A stretch of 64,000 bases of DNA from Paraspadella gotoi (Eukaryota > Animalia > Chaetognatha): NCBI GenBank assembly GCA_051294375.1, contig CM119266.1, positions 9,742,538 through 9,806,537 on the forward strand. The letters are read 5' to 3'. Below, one piece after another: positions 25,520-38,220 of the stretch; the stretch's first letter is position 1, and each line of letters starts with the position of its first letter. The translations under genes were made by a program, and so were the position numbers. The notes beneath the pieces were generated by a model, which worked only from the letters and a program-made list of their open reading frames with translations, did not search any database and was not told the DNA's origin.

Positions 25520-25534
25520 GTTCGTCATAATTAC

Positions 25535-25714
25535 CTTGGAGATGAGATTTGGAACTCTGCCTAAAAGCGTCGCTCGTTTGTTTCTTCTTTTTCCCGCCCG
25601 CCACCAGGGGCGGGGTGGGGCTGACGGATGAGGCGGTGGAGGATGAGGAGGATCGGCCGTGATTGGCCAGTCCGCTCAGCAGGTGGGACGTGCTGGACAT
25701 TCCGTCCGAACAGC
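25535..25714 (-). CDS. Ig receptor cytoplasmic exon, Ser-rich with KKKK
   Basis: cccctag|...|gtaatt, 180 nt, phase 1 to 1. Confidence 0.78.
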
Positions 25715-26180
25715 CTAGGGGGGATGGTGATGGTATGGGATAGAGAAGAAAGAAAATAAATAAAGAAATTAAAATGAAATATCCGTTGAATCGTTTATAA
25801 GAGTCGAAAAATAAAAAAATAACGCAATTATCTTCCAAATTAATTTAAATCGTAACTACCCACGAACTCTTCTATAAATCACCTCTCAAAAACCCCTCAC
25901 CACCTTCCCTGAATCCCCTCTCTAAATCTTCTCTCCACCTTCCCCTTAATACCCTCGCCACTTTCTATAAATCCCCTCTTTAAGTACCCCCATCGCTTTC
26001 CATAAATATCTTATCTAAATCTTCTGTTTGCCTTCCCCTTAATCCCCTCACCACTTTCCATAAATCCCCTCTAAAAATCCCCTCACCACCTTCCTTGAAT
26101 TCTCCATCCAAATCCCCTCACCACATTCCCTAAATCCCCTCTCTAAATCTTCTGACCGCCTTCCCAAAAAATCCTCTCAC

Positions 26181-26412
26181 CCCTATGTGCGAATGCAACG
26201 TCGCCGGTTTGTCCCTCCGCCTCGCGGCGTTGATGGGCGACGAGCGTGGCGGCGTTGCCGTGGGGATGATCCCTGACGCCGGCGACGCCGAGTCCGAGGG
26301 CGTCGACGTCGGCGGCGATTGAGACCGGCGCCGGGGCGTTGGCGGAAGAGAAGGGGGTGTCGATGGGAGGGAGGGGGTGCGGCGGGCCGTTGGGGGAGAG
26401 TGGGGGGACATC
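26181..26412 (-). CDS. Ig receptor cytoplasmic exon, Pro/Ala-rich (DVPPLSPNGPPHPLPPIDTP...)
   Basis: (ct)n cag|...|gtgaga, 232 nt, phase 0 to 1. The coding frame differs from the ORF-track frame. Confidence 0.75.
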
Positions 26413-26873
26413 CTGAGAGAGAGAGAGGGTAGAGAGTAAGATAGAGAGTGAGAGGTTGAAAAATGGATTGTTGGTTCGTCCGTTGGCTCGAACCCGCCGA
26501 TTGTTTTCATTAAAAACGACCGCGAGAAAATATATTTAACGAAAATGGATATTTTGAAATGATTAGTCGCGGGAAGGAAGGGGTTGATTCGAGCCAATCT
26601 GAAGCACGAGGCTAACAGATACAGAGTACCTAGTATTCAGTACCACTTCATAATCTATTTCTAGAATCAGTTAACTGAACTGAAACTCAGATAGAAGGGC
26701 CCTGCCTTTGGACAAAAATTGAAGTTTGAAATAATTTTGCCATTGATTTAATTAAATCTTGAACAACCCGCGTAAAAGAGTTAATGATTTTTAATTTGGG
26801 TATTTTATAACATTACTTGATTAATTCTCACCAGAAACCTACCTTTAAGATAAAGAAAAAACAGGAATCTCAC

Positions 26874-27193
26874 CTCGCAGTGTTGCAGGTGATGAACTTG
26901 GTGATAGTGGGCGTTCCCGCCGACGTTGAGCGTCGCGCCCACGCAGGCGCACGGACCTCGAGTCGGCGCTTCGGCGTAGACGGCGCCACCGCCGCCGCCG
27001 CCGCCGCCGACGGGCTTGGGCAAGATGCCGCAACCCTCGCAGGGATGCTGCGATTGCTGCGGATGATGATGCGGCAGATGGTGATGATGGTGATGGTGAT
27101 GATGGGGCTGCGGAGCGCCGTTGACGAGGATAGCGGTCATCGGCGAAGTTTTGAGTTGACTAAAGTGCCACATGTGAGGATTGGCCTTCGTGG
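26874..27193 (-). CDS. Ig receptor cytoplasmic exon with poly-His, poly-Gly, CxxC and CxC
   Basis: ggtccag|...|gtgaga, 320 nt, phase 1 to 0. Confidence 0.78.
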
Positions 27194-27632
27194 CTGGACC
27201 GAAGGGGGAGGGGGGAATTCGGAATGGGGATCATTTTATAATTATTATTCGATGGTTATCCTTTCGCTTTCGTTGTGTTTGAGATTAGCAAAAAATTGCT
27301 TTTTCTTTTAACAACGAGAAAAACAATTTTTGCTAATGCTTATTATTATTATACAAAAATAAACTTTGTCGTCCTCGCGGTCGTTTCCAGTTGTTTCCTC
27401 TTTACAATTGTATTCTTGTTTTCTTAATTTTATTAAATATTCGTTTTCCTTTCTTTAATTTTCGTCGTCGATCGTCGATCGTCGAGTTGGTCGTTTTCGT
27501 CCTCGTTTCCGTCGTAGTTGTTGTTGTTTCCGTCAATGTTTTCGTTGTTTGCATTGTTGTTTCGTCATAATTTTCCTTCTTCATTTTCGTCGTTTTTATC
27601 GTAGTTTTCGTCTTCCTCCCAACCCGACTCAC

Positions 27633-27739
27633 CCGCGAGTCCGTTAGATTGGTGAGGATCGACGTTGGCGCCGCAGCAGCAGCAGGGGAAGGGCGCGGCA
27701 GGGGGGAAAGAAGGGAGGCAGCCGGCCCGGATGTGACTC
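27633..27739 (-). CDS. Ig receptor juxtamembrane exon with Cys cluster (RSHIRAGCLPSFPPAAPFPCCCCG)
   Basis: ccatccag|...|gtgagt, phase 2 to 1, matching the TM exon donor. Confidence 0.75.
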
Positions 27740-27932
27740 CTGGATGGTGTCTGGGGGGGGGGGGGGGAGCAAGAGGGACATTGAGTTGGCAGCATTTCGA
27801 GAAATTCAAAATTTGTAAGTGAGGTTGAGAGGGGGAAAGAGCTGGCGCGAAATGTCGAAGCCACAAAGAAGAGAGGAAAATTCATGCAGAATGAAAAACA
27901 AGCGGAAACGAAGTACAAATCGGGAATAGGGA

Positions 27933-27973
<41 letters not shown>

Positions 27974-28235
27974 TGAGAGACGAGAGAAGACGAGAGAGAG
28001 AGAGAGAGCGCTCTCTAATCCCCTTTAAAGTGACAAATGGTTCGGATGAAAAGGATTTCCAAACACAAAAAACAAAAAACTTGAAATAAAAACTCGAAAA
28101 TCTTTTTTTTTTCCTGAAACAATTTTTTTTCCTTTTTTCTTTTTTTTTCTTTGGGTTTTCACTTTTTCTTTTCTCTAATGAAATAAAACTTTTCTGTCGT
28201 CTTTTCAAAACACGAAATCTCCTCAAAACCCCCAC

Positions 28236-28316
28236 CGGCGGGCGGCGGGCGGCGGGCGGCGGGCGGCGGGCGGCGGGCGGCGGGCGGCGGGCGGCGGGCG
28301 GCGGGCGGCGGGCGGC
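28236..28316 (+). repeat. (GGGCGGC)n heptamer tandem repeat, about 11 copies, intronic
   Basis: Read directly from the sequence. Confidence 0.9.
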
Positions 28317-28942
28317 TTTGGCGCCGTAAAGCTGATTCCCTATTTTCTCTTTTAAATCTGAAATCCTTTTTTTTTTATTCTTTCTTCCTTCAATCTCACT
28401 CGTTATTAATTCCCGCGTCTGACTTATTCCAATCACTTGATTAAATTCACATTTCCCAAACTTCACTTCATTCCTATCACATAAATGTAGCAGAATAATT
28501 TGTGATTCATTTCAAATGAGATTGTAGCAGTTTAGACCATTTCTCATATATTTTGATACAGTTTTCATAGTAGTTTTATTTTTCGGTTTTAGCAATACAC
28601 AGAACTCATTGTTTATAACATAGGTACAACCAATATTTAAAATTATCCATTTATTTAATTAATAAGCTGCCCCTGACTTTGGACAGGCTTCGGTGATTTA
28701 AGGCCTAAATCACTCTTACAAGATAATGATACGAGACAAGGTCATTAAACATATTAAACCACCACCTTTCCTGTCGTATTTCCTATTTACTTTTCCAGCC
28801 TTCCTCAATCCACTTTCGTATTTCTTCACAGTTTCTAATTCATATTACTCCTTCTACATTTTTACCCCCATTTTTACCGCCAGAAATCTCCACCCCTGAA
28901 CACCCCTGAACACCCCCCCTCCCGATCTCCGCTTCCCCCTAC

Positions 28943-29111
28943 CTAAAGACGAGGAAGCCCAGAGTGACGACTATGACGACGAGGGCGACGCCGGCGATGG
29001 ACACGACGCCCATGAGTTCCCAGAATTTGTCCATATCGGCGTCGTCATCGGCGCCGGGACGCCGGATCCCGGTCCCGCCCACTTCCGAGGCGCCGGCGCC
29101 GTCCTGGTTGT
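28943..29111 (-). CDS. Ig receptor transmembrane exon (FWELMGVVSIAGVALVVIVVTLGFLVF-R)
   Basis: catccag|...|gtaggg, phase 1 to 2; a hydrophobic run of about 24 residues followed by Arg. Confidence 0.85.
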
Positions 29112-29959
29112 CTGGATGTGGGTAAGGAGGAAAGAGAAATGGGTTGTGGTGATTCGTTGTTGTCCACGGGCTTTCTCCTTTTTCATTTTAAAGTTTGGTA
29201 GAAACCTGGGCGCGAACCCTTGACCTTCGGGGTACAAAGAAAGCTTTGGAAATTAAAACTGAAGCGTGGGGCTAAGGTGTGAACGTGAGGTTAAGGGTAA
29301 GTTCTTTTCTTTTTTCCTCAAAATAATTTTCATGTGTTCTTTTTTTTTTTTCTTCTCAACGATTCGAAATTGAGGTAAATTGAAACAAATTCGTTTTTTC
29401 CTCGTGTGAGGGCACCACCGTCTAGAAGGAAAAAAAATTATTTTGTCTTTCGAAGCGGAAAAAAAAGGAAAATTTTTTTTGCTAAATTTATTTCTCGTCT
29501 TTTTTGTTTTCTTCTGAAAAAGTCAGAGAAAAACGAAGTAACTGCCCGGAAAACTTTTCACGAATGAATGCAAAAGATAACGAAGCGATTCTAATTTAGT
29601 GATCCGCATTTTCTAAGAAATAGACAAGTGGTTGAACGTGTCTCACGATAAATATATACTATACCAAACATAGTCTTTTAGAAAACTGTTTCAAACTTCT
29701 CAAATTGATAAGAATGATGCTTCGGCCTTTTTAGTCATTTGAAATTCCATTGTAAAGGTATATTTGTAAATATTTTTATTGACCTGTTCCCGAAGCATTT
29801 AGGATAAAGCGCTGTCTATTTTCCGATTTTTAATTTCTATTTAGTTTTTTTTAAAAAGTACGATGGGCCTTTCCCAGTCACCCAGCTCCCCCCTTACTAG
29901 CCCTAAATTCAAAAAACCTCAGTATCGCCTGAAATGCAGCATTCCGTCCTCGCCCTTAC

Positions 29960-30094
29960 CGTAAAACGCGGGTGAGTTAATGGAGTCGTCGTCCTCGCCT
30001 GAATATCTTCCGTCGCCGCCGCCGCCGCCGCCGTTGAACGGGTAGAGCTTCTTCAGCATCGGAGTGTGAAGTGTGATGTTTTTGAAAGCGTCGC
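29960..30094 (-). CDS. Ig receptor exon: G strand of the last Ig domain plus stalk (GDAFKNITLHTPMLKK...)
   Basis: cgtccag|...|gtaagg, 135 nt, phase 1 to 1. Confidence 0.8.
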
Positions 30095-30648
30095 CTGGAC
30101 GGGAGGGTGAATAATTTGGTAAGGTTTAGCAATTGACGTTTGTTACAGCTGCATACTTTGCTGTTAAGGGAACTCGAATGTGTTTGTTTATTTCCCGGTA
30201 ATTAAGTCCTTTTTACACATTCGGAAATAACGTTTATGATATTCACTGTCTAAATGTTGCTAAATTTGAATAAATCTTTTTTTTTCTCGATCCGTTGCTC
30301 AGCATCATCATTAGCTTCTTCAAAGGCTCCCTCCCGAAAAAAAAATCTCTTGCACCGCCTGCGATAAAAAAAAACTCCGGTCCGGACTTTATAACCCCTT
30401 AAAACCTTTAACCGGTGAAATTCTCATTAGCTCGGATATTTCACGATCCATTTCCCCCTCAAAGCTTCGGCTCGAACCTCGAACCCACGCGATGAAGAGA
30501 GAAGGAATTTCAAAAGTCCCGAATTTTCGAGAACGCCCTGTGTGCGTTTTTTCTATTATGGGATAATAATGTTTATTGTAAAATGTATGAAGTTTGGCGA
30601 TTTATCGAACATGTTGTGTTCGTGACTCGGTGAGAGAGAGAGACCGAG

Positions 30649-30716
<68 letters not shown>

Positions 30717-32005
30717 GGCAGGCGGGCGGGCGGGCTAAATATTTGGGTAGGCGGACATCCGAAGGTGAAGCCGACTGCGGGCGACTCATTAGCGAAGTGT
30801 GGGTGGAGGCGTGGGCGACGTTGAAGGAGGCGTGGGCGATTATGGGAAAGGCGTGGGCAAAGAAAATGAAGATGGGCGTGGAGAACGTCGAGTGGCGTTT
30901 TTCAAGTTGTTTTTCTTTTAAAAAAAAAAAAAAAAAAAGGCCGGGTCTTGGGTATTAAGACATTTTTTTTGGCTCTCTTCCACTTTTTGGGTTAAGGAGC
31001 GAAAAAGAAGGAAAGGTGAACGAAAAAGAAAGAAAAAAAAAAACGTAAGACGCAACCAACTTCAATAAAAAAAAAAAAAGGAATAAAATTTGTTGTTTCT
31101 GGGCGAGGCTGCTCATCGCGGCCTCTTTTTTCCTCCACGAGAAAAAAAAAAATAAGAAACGGGCCGACGGGCTTGCCCGAGGCGGCCGGGGTCTCGGACG
31201 CGGTGACCCCGTGGGGGCCGAACGTGGCCTCGAGAAAAGGGAGAGAAAAGTGGGAGACCGGGGTCGAGGAAACCGGAGGGCGCGGGGGGGGGGGGGAGGG
31301 GGGAGGGGGGGAGGCCGGAAGGATTTCGACTCTTGATGACCTTTTTTTTCTTCCTCCTTCTAAACCTATTAGAAGTATTGCTAAAATCATAAAATAAGAT
31401 ATGAGAAATGATTCAAACTGCTACCATTGAAGAACCATTAAAAAAAATGAACCACAAATTATTCTGCTACAGATGTCGGTAAACGTTAATCATTAATCAT
31501 TAATCATTAATCATTAATCATTAATCATTAACTTAATGATCGATTCGATTTATTGATTCGCTTATTTTTCGAGATTTTTATCAGTCGATTTCTTTTCGTA
31601 ATGATTTTAACGATTCTTCTGCTTGATTGATTGCTACTTAATCTCATTAATGCGAAGTCAATCGTCGTAACTGACTTGAGGATTCTCCTCGCGTTGCCAT
31701 GGAGATTTCCTTCATCGATGGATTCGCGCGATTCTGTCAACGACCGCACTCACGCGCTCGAGCGGATTCACGTCATCGGGTGAGCGTGTGAGGGATTATT
31801 TTTTTTTATTTATTTTTGTATTTTAAACTTTGTTGTTGTTGTTTATTTGTTTCTTTCCTTTTTTTAGTGTTTCTTTATATTTCATTTCCTGTTTTTGTTC
31901 TTTTCTTTTTTCTTAGTTAATTTTTACTTTCTTTCATTCTTTCTCTCATTCTTTCTCTCTCTCTTTATTTTTTTCTTTCTTTCTTTCTTTCTTTCATTCT
32001 TTCTC

Positions 32006-32061
<56 letters not shown>

Positions 32062-32189
32062 ATTTCTTTTTATTTCCTTTTATCTTCTCTTTTCCTCTTC
32101 CCGCTCTTCCTCCTCTCAACGCCTCCCGAGCAATATTCGAAAATATCACCAAGCCATGAATCTCGACACTTGTCTTGACGCCTTCAGGT

Positions 32190-32376
<187 letters not shown>

Positions 32377-34035
32377 AAAAAAAAATAAATAAATTTATTT
32401 AATCTGTAGTTTTTCTTTCCTTCGCAGGACTATTTTTCTTCGCTTATCCCCTTGTCCCCTCCCTTCCCCTCTTCCCAATCCCTTCCTCTCCCACCCCGTT
32501 CCCCTCCTTCTTTTTCCATCCCTTCCTCTCGCGTCTTTTGTTCGTTTTCCTTTATGTCCTCCGCGATGCTTCCGCCCGAGAGGGCAGCACCGCCGATCAT
32601 TTTTCACAATTAGGAAATAGATCATAACTTTGGAATTGGCGGAGGATGGAGGAAGACGCCGGGAGTGACGCCGGCGCGCTCCGCCCTCGGCGACGCCGCG
32701 TGTTTGGACGGGACGAGCGCGCCGGAAGGGGTGATCCTGGTGAGTAATTGGTTTCGCTTTGGGTGCCGGACCATATTTGGTGTAATCGATGCCATCAGTG
32801 CTGATTTTTCAGTAAGTTCGTTGTTTTTGTGGTTGTTTTGTTGTTGTTGTTTTTGCAGTTGCTGTTTTTGTTGGCGTTCTTCATATTTTAAAAACGAGCC
32901 GACTGGGAAATGAGCGCGAGTAAATTCAGGGAAATTTTAGCGAAAAGTGCTTTTAAAAGAAACGGAAAAGATGAGTCATAAATATTTCTAATGAACAATG
33001 CTACCGTTATCGTTGAATTAGGATAACAAAATGCTTAAATGAGATGCGAAATATAATAAAAATACGAGAAAAAAATGCTCCAAGTTGAAATTTTCGAAGC
33101 TGGAATTAAAGCAAAAAATCCCGAGAAAGAAAGAAAGTGTGAAATAAAAAAAAAATAATAAAAAAAAAGAGAGGGACGATGAAATGAAAAAAAAAAGGAG
33201 AAAGATAGAAAAAGAAAAGGGAGAAAAAGGAGGTAGTAAAAGGAAATTGGAGGAGAAAAGCTCAGGTGAGAATTTATCGGCCAAGTCGTAGAGTATGAAT
33301 GTGGAGTAGTTTAGAGGCGAGACGCGCGGAGGAAAGAGGGGCGGGGATTAAAATGGGTGGGGATTGGGGAAGCAGGGAATATAGGGGAAGTTGGGTCACG
33401 TGATGTGGGAGGGGAGAGAGAAATCTCCGCGGGAGGCGATGGGTTGTTAGAGATCGATTAGGCGACGTTGAGAAAAGGGAATACTTATAAAACATAAAAA
33501 AAACACTAATTTCCAAGCTAATTTTAGAATAAAAATGACGTTTCGGAGTTCAAAACGATATATATTTGAAGTCTAAATAAGACGCAATAGCCAATACTGC
33601 TTTTTCTTTTGAAAGAAACTCAAGGAGCCAAGTTTGATATAAGAATCCTTTTTGTTTTTGTTCTCTTTTCGGTGTCTCGATTCATTTATTGATTCCTTCG
33701 AATTCAATTCCATTTACTTGAGATAAAATGTCGATCAAAGTTTGGTTTATATGTCCTATATATCGAAAAAGCTCTCGAGAAGAAAGTTAGTCTTTCCTTT
33801 TTTTTCCGTTTGCACTTTTCCCTTTTGCACTTCCGTTTCACATTGTTGCGAAGACAACAGCTCAGTTTTTCTCGTCTTTTTCTGTCTACATTGTCTTTTT
33901 CCAAAAAAAGACGCCATCTTTTAGATATATTCATTCTTTAGGGCGACTTGAAATTGTTAAACTATTAATTAAGTATTATGAAGATATTAATAAATTAAAT
34001 TACAGTTTAAAATAACGAAATAACTAAAATTTTTC

Positions 34036-34150
34036 TTTTTATCGAGCCTTGACCGGCGAAGCCGGAGGTCAGGCTCTATAATGTTTTAGGGTTGCTTCTT
34101 TGTGACGTAGTCGTCGTCGTCGTCGTCGTCGTCGTCGTCCGTCACGCTGT
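34036..34150 (+). mobile_element. Probable 5' end of a Helentron/HINE-like element
   Basis: T-run, then the hairpin gagcct-tgacc-ggcgaagccgg-aggtc-aggctc, then a (gtc)n microsatellite. The 3' end was not defined. Confidence 0.35.
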
Positions 34151-35001
34151 TTTCATATATAAAAACTACTACGCTTTTATAGGTTTGGCTGTGACTTACC
34201 GTTTTTTTTTAAAATAAAAATTATTATGAATTATGATAAAGTTTTACAAAAGTGTGCGATCATAGTAAGTTAAAAATTTAGATATGGCTTTTCATCTTGA
34301 AATAGCTGTGATATTTTCATATTACATTTTGGATTTAAGTATTTTTTGTTTGAATTTCCACTTCATTATGATTTACTGCAATATGCAAATGAGATTAAAG
34401 TACTCCTTATAATATCCAAATTAGTATATAGAAATGCTTTAATCTAATTTACATATTGCAGTATATAATATTGAAGATGAAATTCAAAAAATTTGTTTTA
34501 AATTTTTAATAAAAATGGGAACTCAAAGGATTTTTTAATGAGAAGCTATATCTTAATTTTAATACAAATATAAATTAAATCTTTTACAAGCTGCGATTGG
34601 AAAAAAATTGGAAAAATTTCCAATTGTAAACAATTGTAACATATTTTGCCTTTCTTTTATTCTTTAAATTATATATAGATTTCTTTCCTATATTTGTCAG
34701 TTGCTGCTTTTTCTGAACCCTTAAAAAACGAGTTCAGTTCTGCAGTGACTGTTCAGCTGGCTTCCAGCTTCTCTTTCTTTCTGTCTCTTTGTCTCTCTTT
34801 TTCTCTTTCTGTCTCTCTTTTCTCTCTCTTTCGTCTTTCTGTCTCTCTCACTCTGTACGATCGTTCGTTTTTGAAAAATTCTGATTATTTTTTTCCTTCT
34901 CAAAACTTTTATTATCGCCATTTATTCCGCGCTTTTTTTTCAATACAAAATCCCAAATTTATATCTGAGATATAATTGGAAAGAAATTCGGTTTTTCTTT
35001 T

Positions 35002-35061
<60 letters not shown>

Positions 35062-35509
35062 ATTTTTTTTAAAAAATGGAAGAATAACTTATAATGATAT
35101 GCATTATCACATATAAATCAGCTAATGTGACCTATTATATATGCAGCACTTTCGCCGAATAATATAATTGCATGCATCACATTATAAAAAAAAAAATTTT
35201 GTTTTTATTTATTATTGCAACTTTGACCGGTTGGCCCACTATTGGCAAATTATATCTAAAATAGGAGTTGATAAGAGAGATTATAGTAAAATTAAACATT
35301 ACTTTTTTTGTTTATTCTGATAATTTGTACTATTATTAAATTTATAAATATTTTAGTGTATATATTTAATCATTTTTTAACTTTTTTTTAAATATAATAT
35401 ATTTTGAGTTGTGATAACTATTTATAAATTAATTAAATATGCAATATTAAATTTGACCTCGGTCTGTCTGGTTTCTTCCTAAAAAAAGAACAATCTTTTT
35501 CTCTCTATC

Positions 35510-35576
<67 letters not shown>

Positions 35577-36214
35577 TCTCTCTCTTTTTTTTCCTTTTCT
35601 AAAAACTTTTATTATCGCCATTTATTCCGAGATTTTCGTGGATTTTTTCCTTTCTAAAAACTTTTATTATCGCCATTTATTATTTTTATCTCATACAAAA
35701 TCCCAAAATACAATAACTTACTTAACCTAGATTTCGTGGTCGTTGCGGAGCAACAAGTAAACAATGTCGAGGAACATGACCAATAACGCGTTACGTGTAT
35801 ATAAAAAAAAATATCAACATAGACCCAATTTCACGACGCCAGTTGCGAGGCAACGGATAACCGATATAAACGAGAGTGACCTAATAATGCGTCTCGTTGG
35901 TGGGAAACTCTCTCTCTCTCTCCTCTTTCTCACTCTCCCTCCCTCTTTCTCTCCTCTTCTCTCTTCTTTCTTCTCTCTTCTCTCTCTCTTTCCCCTCTCT
36001 CTCTCTCTTCTCTCTCTCTCTCTTTTTCCTTCTAAAAACTTTTATTATCGCCATTTATTCCGCGCTTTTTTCATCAATACACAAATCACAATTTACATCC
36101 GAGATTTTCGTGGATTTTTTTTCTAAAAATTCTGATTATTCTTTATATAAACGAGAGAGACCTAATAATGCGTTTCGTTGGCGGAAAAACTGTCCAGCTC
36201 TCTCTCTCTCTCTA

Positions 36215-36259
<45 letters not shown>

Positions 36260-36885
36260 TCTCTCTCTCTCTTTTCACTCATACACGCATTTGTTTGTTT
36301 CATTTTACGATGAATGATTTCAGCGCCATGTCAATGAATCACTATCATCGCATAATAGAATGGACATATCGTTAATGAATGATTATCATCATATCAATGA
36401 ATGACTATCATCGCATCAATCATTTGATTATCATCACATCAGTCATTTTGTTATATCGCATCAATTATTGGTATCATTCGCGTATATTTGGTTATCATCG
36501 CATCAATATTTGGTTATCATCGCATCAATATTTGGTTACTATTCGGAAAGCGGCTCGATCTTTATGCTTTTAAGATTTTTAAAGTTAATTTTCATCCATA
36601 AGTTAAATTTAACTCATGATGTAAGTTTGTTTATAAATGTAAGAGATGATTATTAAAGTTAATAAAGTTAATAAATTTAATAAAGTTTTTACTCATAATA
36701 TAAATTGAGTCTAGACACCGACAATATTTTTTGACAGACATAGGGATCAAAAAAAAAGTTTTATAGATTAAAAAATATACTGCAAGTTAACAAACAAACA
36801 ACTAGCGATTGAAGAAAAAAAATCGATTTCAAGTCGTTGCTAATCATATATCAGATAATTAAATTAAACTAAATTAAACTCGACA

Positions 36886-38037
36886 ATGTTTCACGAAAAA
36901 GTCAACGAAGCTTTCGAAAATATCATTTCGAATAGAGAAACTTTGTCCGAACACGATAAATTTCTCGTCTCTCTTTGCGTGGTCATTTTTGTTCTTTCCT
37001 GCGCCACGATCTACCCTCTCATTCTGACCCCGAAAGGCGCAATGAAAAACTTTTTCGCCATCAAATTGACGGGGAACTTTTTGAGCGTCTCTTTCGTCGC
37101 TTGGCTCATTTACGCGGGAAACGAGACAACCGTCCATCCCACTCTCGGCGATTTTCACAACAACAGCGACGGCAACAACATGACGAATAAACTCCGTCTT
37201 TTGGCGGACAGACAATTTGTCGAGTACGAAGTCGACTACAACGAAACGCACAGCGTGATTACGGTGAAGGAGCTCCTCGCATATTATTACTACTATTCTT
37301 ATTACGACGGGGAATCGGGGCCAAGATACCCCATGAACCTCAGCTTTGCCCTCGTCATGCTCTTAGTTCCCGAGTGGATCTCGATCTTAAAAAGATTCGA
37401 CCAAGTATTGACGCTTCTGATGATGATGGCTTTGAGCAAAACCATCTGCGGGCTCCAGACCGTCGATGCGGCGGGGGACTTCGTCAAAAGGATCGCCATG
37501 GCCGTTTGCGGTTGCTGCCTTTTGAAAGACGCCGTCTTGTTCGCCCTCAATTGTAAAGTGGAACTGGAAAATGGCGTGAAGGATTTGTTCGTTTTGACCG
37601 ACAATGGGACCGACGTTGAAGAAAAGGATCTAGTTCTTTACGTGACTATTAAAGACGCTAGCAACGATACCGTAAGCTCGATGGTTATAGCCATAATGGT
37701 ATTCATTTACTTTATAAGAATTCGTACGGAAATCTTGAGAAGCGTCAGTTTTAACAAAAAGGCCACAGCTAACATGAATCGGAACAAAGAGATAAAATTA
37801 TTGGCATTGGTCAAGTTTTTTTTAGCGGTGACATTGGCACAAATGGCAAAGGTTTTGTTCAACGCATTAGGACTGATTTTTTTTTGTTTACCTATGCTCG
37901 ATTTCTGGTTCCGGGTTCGCGATTATTTCTTTCCAACAACTGGTTTACATATTTTAGTCAATTTATCTGATTTTTTGGCTTTGCTGTTTTTACCAGCAGT
38001 GAAGCCCAAGCTGAGTATGAATCATAAAAAACGATAA
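36886..38037 (+). CDS. Intronless divergent 7-transmembrane (rhodopsin-class GPCR-like, possibly chemoreceptor) gene nested antisense in an intron of the Ig receptor
   Basis: 383-aa ORF with seven hydrophobic segments. N-glycosylation sequons cluster in the loops after TM2 (NET, NNS, NMT, NET) and TM4 (NGT, NDT). The loop between TM5 and TM6 is basic (RIRTEILRSVSFNKK). No canonical DRY or NPxxY. Confidence 0.72.
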   Translation: MFHEKVNEAFENIISNRETLSEHDKFLVSLCVVIFVLSCATIYPLILTPKGAMKNFFAIKLTGNFLSVSFVAWLIYAGNETTVHPTLGDFHNNSDGNNMTNKLRLLADRQFVEYEVDYNETHSVITVKELLAYYYYYSYYDGESGPRYPMNLSFALVMLLVPEWISILKRFDQVLTLLMMMALSKTICGLQTVDAAGDFVKRIAMAVCGCCLLKDAVLFALNCKVELENGVKDLFVLTDNGTDVEEKDLVLYVTIKDASNDTVSSMVIAIMVFIYFIRIRTEILRSVSFNKKATANMNRNKEIKLLALVKFFLAVTLAQMAKVLFNALGLIFFCLPMLDFWFRVRDYFFPTTGLHILVNLSDFLALLFLPAVKPKLSMNHKKR

Positions 38038-38220
38038 GATTTTTTAGCATGAAAAATTGTTTTGCCAATTATTGACAAATAATATCCTGATTAAAAAAGT
38101 AACGTGTACTACTGTCTGATTTAATACGAAGGCCTTCGGAACGCATCCTTCGTCTGAATTGTCAAATTTCTTATATCTTATAAAAAAGAAATAATTCTCT
38201 CTCAAATAGTGACTATATGT

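Noticed and set aside
34895-36125. Four copies of aaaacttttattatcgccatttatt separated by variable DNA
   Set aside because: Irregular spacing, extended shared flanks and interspersed (CT)n point to local duplications of a repeat fragment.
36380-36540. 22-25 bp repeats (atcatcgcatcaatatttggtt) as a CRISPR-like array
   Set aside because: Head-to-tail degenerate minisatellite with no unique spacers, no cas genes and a eukaryotic context.
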